A model generated the notes under the pieces. It did not search any database, was not told where the DNA came from, and saw nothing but the letters and a program-made list of their open reading frames with translations. Both the position numbers and the translations under genes were made by a program. Shown piece after piece: positions 63,126 through 64,000 of a DNA stretch of 64,000 nucleotides (its first letter is position 1; every line of letters starts with the position of its first letter). Source of the stretch: Vicugna vicugna (taxonomy: Eukaryota); the NCBI GenBank assembly GCA_013265495.1, contig MU058000.1:2914001-2978000 (forward strand). The letters are read 5' to 3'.

Positions 63126-64000
63126 TCTTTGCAGGGGTGTGAAACTGTGTACCACTGTATTGTATGGCAGTGTGTGGTTGTAAAACACAAAGGATGGAAG
63201 TGTTAGAGCATGAGAAAGTAAAAATAAATATTTCATATTAAAGAGGGAAAAAAAATGAGGAAATGTCTTTTTCATGGCTAAAATGGAGTCCTGGTGAATC
63301 ATAATGTTCCCCAAAGTATTCACTGCTCTCTGTTCTTTGCCTCTTTGCTTAGAGGAAATTTTAACTAAAATTTCAGAGGCAGACATGCTTAACATTTTAT
63401 GTCTATATCTGGGAACATCAGCTACTGCTTTGTGAAATCTTCAGTTAATACGGTCCCCTAAGTAAGTCTATACATTGAAGGTACAATAATTACAGCAAGA
63501 TCACACAGCTATTGTGGTAAGGTGAAAAATCAAAAAGAAAAGCAAACAAAAAACCACTACACTTTTATTTCCAGAGCACAATATTGTCCTGAATAAAATC
63601 ATCTGCTAATTAAAGATTTAAGTAAATTATGAATGTTTATGTAATAATTTTCTACAATATTCTAATCAATTAAGCTGTAAACTCTTAGAATATACAAACT
63701 GCAGAAAGGTTAATAGTTGCAAAGACTCTGAAAAGCAACTAGGATGTTATTGTAAATATATGCTTCACCTTAGAATAGTACTCACCAGGTTAAATTAATT
63801 AGAAAAGAGACAAAAGGAATATTAATACCCATAATTCTTCTATTTTTCTTCATATAATTGCTTTTATCAAGATGCTGTAAAATTTAATAATGTGTTCTAA
63901 TTCTTGCAGAACTAGAACAGTCCAATATCCTGTCACATTTATGAACCAGAAGGTGCTTGGCCTTCACTTTAATTTTTTTCCATTTTTTTCTCTTATAAAC

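Noticed and set aside
1..64000. CRISPR array, operon or prokaryotic defence system
   Set aside because: The sequence is mammalian; no regularly spaced repeat-spacer array or gene-dense region exists

Overview
AT-rich, CpG-poor mammalian genomic DNA, almost certainly camelid (camel/alpaca lineage). It carries three Vic-1-type tRNA-derived SINEs and several camelid-type L1 3' ends. I find no supportable protein-coding gene, RNA gene, CpG island or CRISPR array; the ORF track is explained by chance ORFs and decayed L1/LTR sequence. The window is a long intronic or intergenic stretch with roughly 60 interspersed repeat fragments: old MIR, L2, L1ME, MER5, MER20, MER53, MER104 and Charlie; MaLR/ERVL LTRs; ERV1 and ERV2 solo LTRs, several with readable target-site duplications (TSDs); and some nested insertions. 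The main unexplained structure is a ~250-280 bp inverted repeat of about 75% identity (12129-12381 vs 15418-15672, ~3.0 kb spacer) in sequence I do not recognise as a repeat. It could be a long-range RNA duplex, an old inverted duplication or long transposon TIRs. Other points of interest are a young ERV2-type solo LTR with a perfect 6-bp TSD, a self-complementary (ATCG)n microsatellite, a minus-strand bias of L1/LTR/SINE insertions (suggesting a + strand host transcript) and several enhancer-like motif clusters. Repeat family names come from memory of consensus sequences, and boundaries without a TSD are approximate.
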